Origin: an uncultured Acidobacteriota bacterium
GTDB lineage: Bacteria > Acidobacteriota > Thermoanaerobaculia > UBA5066 > Gp7-AA6
Assembly: GCA_963764715.1 (NCBI GenBank)
Contig: CAVXTP010000014.1
Coordinates: 96,001 to 160,000, forward strand
Length of the DNA stretch: 64,000 nt
Direction of reading: 5' to 3'
The notes beneath the pieces are model-generated. The model ran no database searches. It had not been told where the DNA came from and was given only the letters and a program-made list of their open reading frames with translations. Position numbers and translations under genes: made by a program. Every line of letters begins with the position of its first letter. The stretch's first letter is position 1. Positions 57,972 through 64,000 of the stretch are shown here, piece after piece.

Positions 57972-59273
57972 ATGTTGACCCTGCTGACCGCGCCCGTGCT
58001 CGCCGGCCTTCTCGCGGCCCCGACCGCCTCCGCCTCCCCCGTCGTCGTCCCGCTCCCGCAGCTCTACCCCGAGCTCGAGGCGTTCTACGTCGACCTCCAC
58101 CAGAACCCCGAGCTCTCGCTGCACGAGGAGAAGACCTCGGCCAAGCTCGCCGCGAAGCTCGAGGCCCTCGGCTACGAGGTCACCCGGAAAGTCGGCGGCT
58201 TCGGGGTCGTCGCCGTGATGAAGAACGGGAACGGCCCGACGCTCCTGATCCGCGCGGACATGGACGCGCTTCCCGTCGAGGAAAAGACGGGGCTCCCTTA
58301 CGCCAGCCGCGTCATGGCGAAGAACGACGCGGGGGTCGACGTTCCGGTCATGCACGCCTGCGGTCACGACGTCCACATGACCTCGCTCCTCGGCGCGGCC
58401 AGCCTGCTCGCCCGCGCCAGGAAGAGCTGGCGGGGCACGCTCGTGCTCGTCGGCCAGCCGGCCGAAGAGGGCGGCGGTGGAGCCCTGCGCATGGTGAACG
58501 ACAACTTCCTCGGGCGCTTTCCCCGGCCCGACTACGCGATCGCGCTCCACGACACGCCCTCGCTGCCGGCCGGAACGCTCGGCTACACGCCGGGCTTCGC
58601 GCTCGCCGCCGTCGACTCCGTCGACGTCACGGTGTACGGCCGCGGCGGCCACGGCTCCCGGCCCGAGGCGACGGTCGATCCGATCGTGATCTCCGCCCGC
58701 ATCGTCACGGCGCTCCAGACGATCGTGGCCCGGGAGGTCAGCCCCTTCGACGCGGCCGTCGTCACCGTGGGCTCGATCCACGGCGGCACCAAGCACAACA
58801 TCATCCCCGACGAGGTGAATCTGCAGCTGACGGTGCGCTCGTACAAGCCCGAGGTGCGCCGCCGCGTCCTCGCCTCGATCGAGCGCATCGCCCGGGGAGA
58901 GGCCGAGGCGGCCGGCGCCCCGCGGGCGCCCCGCATCGTCGACGAGGGCCACGGCGCGACCTACAACGACCCGGTGCTGACCCGCCGGATCGCGGCGGCG
59001 CTCGCGCGAACGTTCGGCGCCGACCACGTCCGCGAGACGCCGCCGGTCATGGGCGGGGAGGATTTCGGCGAGTTCGGAAAGGCCGCCGCCGCGCCCTCGC
59101 TGATCTTCTGGCTGGGCGCGAGTCCTCCCGCGGCCTGGGCCGCCGCGGCCGGCGACGTGACGAAGCTGCCCTCGCTCCACTCCTCGAACTGGGCCCCCGA
59201 CAAGGAGCCGACGCTGAAGACCGGGGCCTCGGCGCTCGTCGTCGCCGCGATGGAGATCCTGAAGAAGCCCTGA
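57972..59273 (+). CDS. M20D amidohydrolase (hippurate hydrolase-like), exported
   Basis: LHQNPELS, RADMDALP, MHACGHDVH, QPAEE, GGHGSRP, GGEDF, LHS. Confidence 0.92.
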   Translation: MLTLLTAPVLAGLLAAPTASASPVVVPLPQLYPELEAFYVDLHQNPELSLHEEKTSAKLAAKLEALGYEVTRKVGGFGVVAVMKNGNGPTLLIRADMDALPVEEKTGLPYASRVMAKNDAGVDVPVMHACGHDVHMTSLLGAASLLARARKSWRGTLVLVGQPAEEGGGGALRMVNDNFLGRFPRPDYAIALHDTPSLPAGTLGYTPGFALAAVDSVDVTVYGRGGHGSRPEATVDPIVISARIVTALQTIVAREVSPFDAAVVTVGSIHGGTKHNIIPDEVNLQLTVRSYKPEVRRRVLASIERIARGEAEAAGAPRAPRIVDEGHGATYNDPVLTRRIAAALARTFGADHVRETPPVMGGEDFGEFGKAAAAPSLIFWLGASPPAAWAAAAGDVTKLPSLHSSNWAPDKEPTLKTGASALVVAAMEILKKP

Positions 59274-59343
59274 CCCTTCCCCGCCGCCCCTGGCCCGCGC
59301 GATTCGGCGGCGCGGCGCAAACCAACCGGGTTAGGATTGCGCC

Positions 59344-61292
<1,949 letters not shown>

Positions 61293-61296
<4 letters not shown>

Positions 61297-62426
61297 GCGG
61301 CCCGGCCCGGAACCGCCCGTTCCTGCGGTGGGCCGCCGCGGGCCTTTTCCTCGGCGCGCTCGCCCGGGCCGCTTCGGGGCAGACGGCGGCGGCGGGGACG
61401 GCGGATCCCGGCCGGGAGCTCGCGATCGGCGTCTTCGAGTCGCCGCCCTGGGCGATGAAGGACGCGAGCGGCCAGTGGCAGGGACTGACCGTCGACCTCT
61501 GGAAGGACCTGGCCACCGACCTCCAGTTTCGCTATCGATTCGTCGAGGCCGGGCCCGACGCCATTCTCGACCAGATCAGTCAGGGCACTTTGGATACCGC
61601 GGCCGCCCCGTACGCCGCGACGGTCGAGCGGGAACGGGAAGTGGACTTCAGCCACGCCTACGCCGCCGCGGGGATCGGCATCGCGATCCTGAGGGTGCGC
61701 GAGGAAGACCGGTGGCTCGGCGTCGTCGAAGCGCTCTCGACGCCGACCGCGATTCGGCTCTACACGGGCATCGTCGCGCTGGTGTTCCTGGCGGGCGCCG
61801 CGCTGTGGCTCCTCGAGCGCCGCCGCAACGCGATGTTCTCGGGTCGCGCCCTCCAGGGCATCGGGTCCGGGTTCTGGTGGGCCGGCGTGACGACGGTCGG
61901 CGTGGGATACGGCGACAAGGTCCCGATCACCTTCTGGGGCCGGCTCGTGGGGCTCTTCTGGATGTTCGTCAGCCTCATCCTGATCACTTCGTTCACCGCG
62001 TTCGTCACGACGAAGCTCGCGCTCTTCGACGTCGCCCGCATCCAGGGGCCCGGCGCGCTGCGGCATGCCGTCGTCGGGACCGTGGAGGGCTCGGCGTCCG
62101 TCGACCTGCTGCGGCGCGAGGAGCTGGCGCACCGCGTCTATCCCGACGTGCCGAGCGCCCTCCAGGCCCTCCTCGCGGGCGACGTCAAGGCCATCGTCTA
62201 CGGCTCGGTCGTACTGCGCTATTACGCCGACCGCGATCCGGGACGGCGGATCGAGGTCCTGCCCGGCCAGATCGAGGCGTTCAACTTCGCGTTTCCGCTG
62301 AAGGACGGCAGCCCGCTGCGCGAGCCCCTCAACGAGGCGCTCCGCCGCGTGCTGAACGAGTCGCACTGGAACGACCTGAAGGACCGTTACCTCGGCAAGG
62401 GCGCCGCCGGGGGCATCGGCCAGTGA
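61293..62426 (+). CDS. GluR0-like ligand-gated ion channel (split periplasmic binding domain plus K+-channel pore)
   Basis: S1 ([13 protein letters not shown]), M1, pore [21 protein letters not shown]2, S2. Confidence 0.85.
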
Positions 62427-62812
62427 CCCGCCGCAACGTCTCGAGCGGCGCCCCCTGGGAGCCGATCGTGGGCTACTCGCGGGCGGTCCGCGTCGGCGAC
62501 GTCGTCCACGTCGCGGGGACGACGGCCACGGGGCCCGACGGCCGCATCGTCGGCCTTGGCGACGCCTACGCCCAGGCCGCGCGGGCGCTCGCCAACATCG
62601 CCTGGGCCCTGGAGAAGGCGGGCGCGCGGATGTCCGACGTCGTGCGCACGCGGATCTACGTCGTCGACATCGCCGACTGGGAGAAGGTCGGCCGGGCGCA
62701 CGGCGAAGTCTTCGGCGACATCCGCCCCGCGGCCACCATGGTCGAGGTCTCGCGGCTCATCGATCCGGAGATGCTCGTCGAGATCGAGGCCGAGGCGATC
62801 GTCGAAGACTAG
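62423..62812 (+). CDS. RidA/YjgF family protein
   Basis: [40 protein letters not shown]. Confidence 0.92.
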   Translation: MTRRNVSSGAPWEPIVGYSRAVRVGDVVHVAGTTATGPDGRIVGLGDAYAQAARALANIAWALEKAGARMSDVVRTRIYVVDIADWEKVGRAHGEVFGDIRPAATMVEVSRLIDPEMLVEIEAEAIVED

Positions 62813-63168
62813 GCCGGCGACTCGATCGGCGTGACCGCCGCCTGGTCCTCTTCTCCCGTGCGGATCCGGTAGACCTTCTCGACGGGCAGGACGAAGATCT
62901 TCCCGTCGCCCACCGAGCCCGTGCGCGCGGCACCCACGATCGCCCGCACGGTCCGCTCGACGAAGTGGTCGGAGACGCCGATCTCCAGGCGCACTTTTTC
63001 GGCGAGCTCCATCTTGACGGTCGTTCCGCGATAGGTCTCGACCCTCTCGGTCTCGCCGCCGTGCCCCTCGACGCGGTGGAGCGTCAGGCCCCGCACCTGC
63101 GCCCGGAAGAGCCCCTCGAGAACGTCGGGCAGCTTCTCGGGACGGATGATGGCGACGACGAGCTTCAG
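62809..63168 (-). CDS. glnK: P-II nitrogen regulatory protein; probable CTG start overlapping the amt stop
   Basis: [42 protein letters not shown]. Confidence 0.9.
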   Translation of the reverse strand: MKLVVAIIRPEKLPDVLEGLFRAQVRGLTLHRVEGHGGETERVETYRGTTVKMELAEKVRLEIGVSDHFVERTVRAIVGAARTGSVGDGKIFVLPVEKVYRIRTGEEDQAAVTPIESPA

Positions 63169-64000
63169 CCGGATCCTCCCTCGGCGGGAGCGGGGACGCC
63201 GAGCGCGGGGCCCGCCGTCTCGGGAAGGACCAGGATCGCACCTTCGCCGCGCGCGTAGGCCTCCTCGCCGTGCTGGGTCACGTCGAGGCCCATGCCCTCG
63301 TCGCGCACCCCGGCGCGCAGGGGCGCAAAGACCCCGATGAGCTTCAGGAGGCCGAAGGTCGCGAGGCCGCTGTAGGCCATCACCGCCAGCACCGAGACCG
63401 CCTGCACGGCGAGTTGACGCGGGTTGCCGAAGAGCAGGCCGTCGGCCGAGCCGTTCCAGGCCTTCTGCGCCAGCACGCCGGTCAGCAGCGCGCCCACCGT
63501 CCCGCCGAGGCCATGCGCCGCGACGACGTCGAGCGAATCGTCCAGCCGCGTCCTGGCGCGCCACAGGAGCGCGAAATAGCTCGGGAAGGCGCCGATCCCG
63601 CCGAGCAGGATCGCCGAGAGCGGGCCGACGTAGCCGGCCGCCGGTGTCACCGCCACGAGGCCCACGACGATCGCCGTCGCGGCGCCGACCGCCGTCGCTC
63701 GGCCGGTGCGCGCCAGGTCGAGCAGCGTCCAGACGACGAGCGTCGCCGTCGGAGCAAAGAGCGTGTTGACGAAGGCGAGCGTCGCGGGGCCGCCGACGCC
63801 GAGCGCGCTTCCCGCATTGAAGCCGAACCAGCCGAACCACAGCAGACCCGCCCCGAGCAGCGTGAACGGCACGTTGTGCGGCAGAATCGCCTGCCGCGCA
63901 TAGTCTTTGCGGGGCCCCAGCACGAATGCCGCGACGAGGGCGGCCGCGCCCGCGTTCACGTGGACGACCGTCCCGCCCGCGAAGTCGAGGGCGCCGAGCC
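63165..64000 (-). CDS. amt: Ammonium transporter, 5' part outside the window
   Basis: LDFAGGTVVH, LLWFGWFGFNAGS, VTPAAG, DDSLDV..HG, GLDVTQHGE. Confidence 0.95.
   Translation of the reverse strand, partial: LGALDFAGGTVVHVNAGAAALVAAFVLGPRKDYARQAILPHNVPFTLLGAGLLWFGWFGFNAGSALGVGGPATLAFVNTLFAPTATLVVWTLLDLARTGRATAVGAATAIVVGLVAVTPAAGYVGPLSAILLGGIGAFPSYFALLWRARTRLDDSLDVVAAHGLGGTVGALLTGVLAQKAWNGSADGLLFGNPRQLAVQAVSVLAVMAYSGLATFGLLKLIGVFAPLRAGVRDEGMGLDVTQHGEEAYARGEGAILVLPETAGPALGVPAPAEGGSG

Overview
GC-rich bacterial chromosomal DNA. Gene content (VWA-related proteins, Ser/Thr kinase with TolB-like repeats, many BNR/Asp-box secreted proteins) suggests Acidobacteriota, possibly Thermoanaerobaculia; this is inference. 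Contents in order: (1) a [NiFe]-hydrogenase maturation operon, hypC'-hypD-hypE-formyltransferase-crotonase-hypA-hypB-Ni transporter; (2) secreted and membrane proteins; (3) a divergent arsenic-resistance locus (arsR-arsI-arsC / acr3-arsR-arsP-thioredoxin-arsC*); (4) an mmsA plus class III aminotransferase pair; (5) peptidases and amidohydrolases; (6) more BNR proteins; (7) a diguanylate cyclase; (8) aromatic amino-acid genes; (9) dps and a peptidoglycan-recycling cluster; (10) speA, a GluR0-like channel, ridA and amt-glnK. No rRNA, tRNA, CRISPR array or transposase was seen. The strongest novel candidate is an apparent two-gene (split) HypX-type CO-ligand system inside the hyp operon. Other highlights: a complete MTRYWY leader-peptide attenuator upstream of a PheA-DAHP synthase fusion, a C-terminal PAPR-x11-TRxLxxRP motif shared by two unrelated secreted proteins, two divergent sigma54 promoters placed symmetrically around one palindrome, a small GIY-YIG-like protein with a beta-clamp motif, a catalytically dead alpha/beta-hydrolase lipoprotein, and GTAG-type REPs. 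Several frameshifts in the first 15 kb may be sequencing errors. All calls come from reading motifs by eye; no database searches were run.
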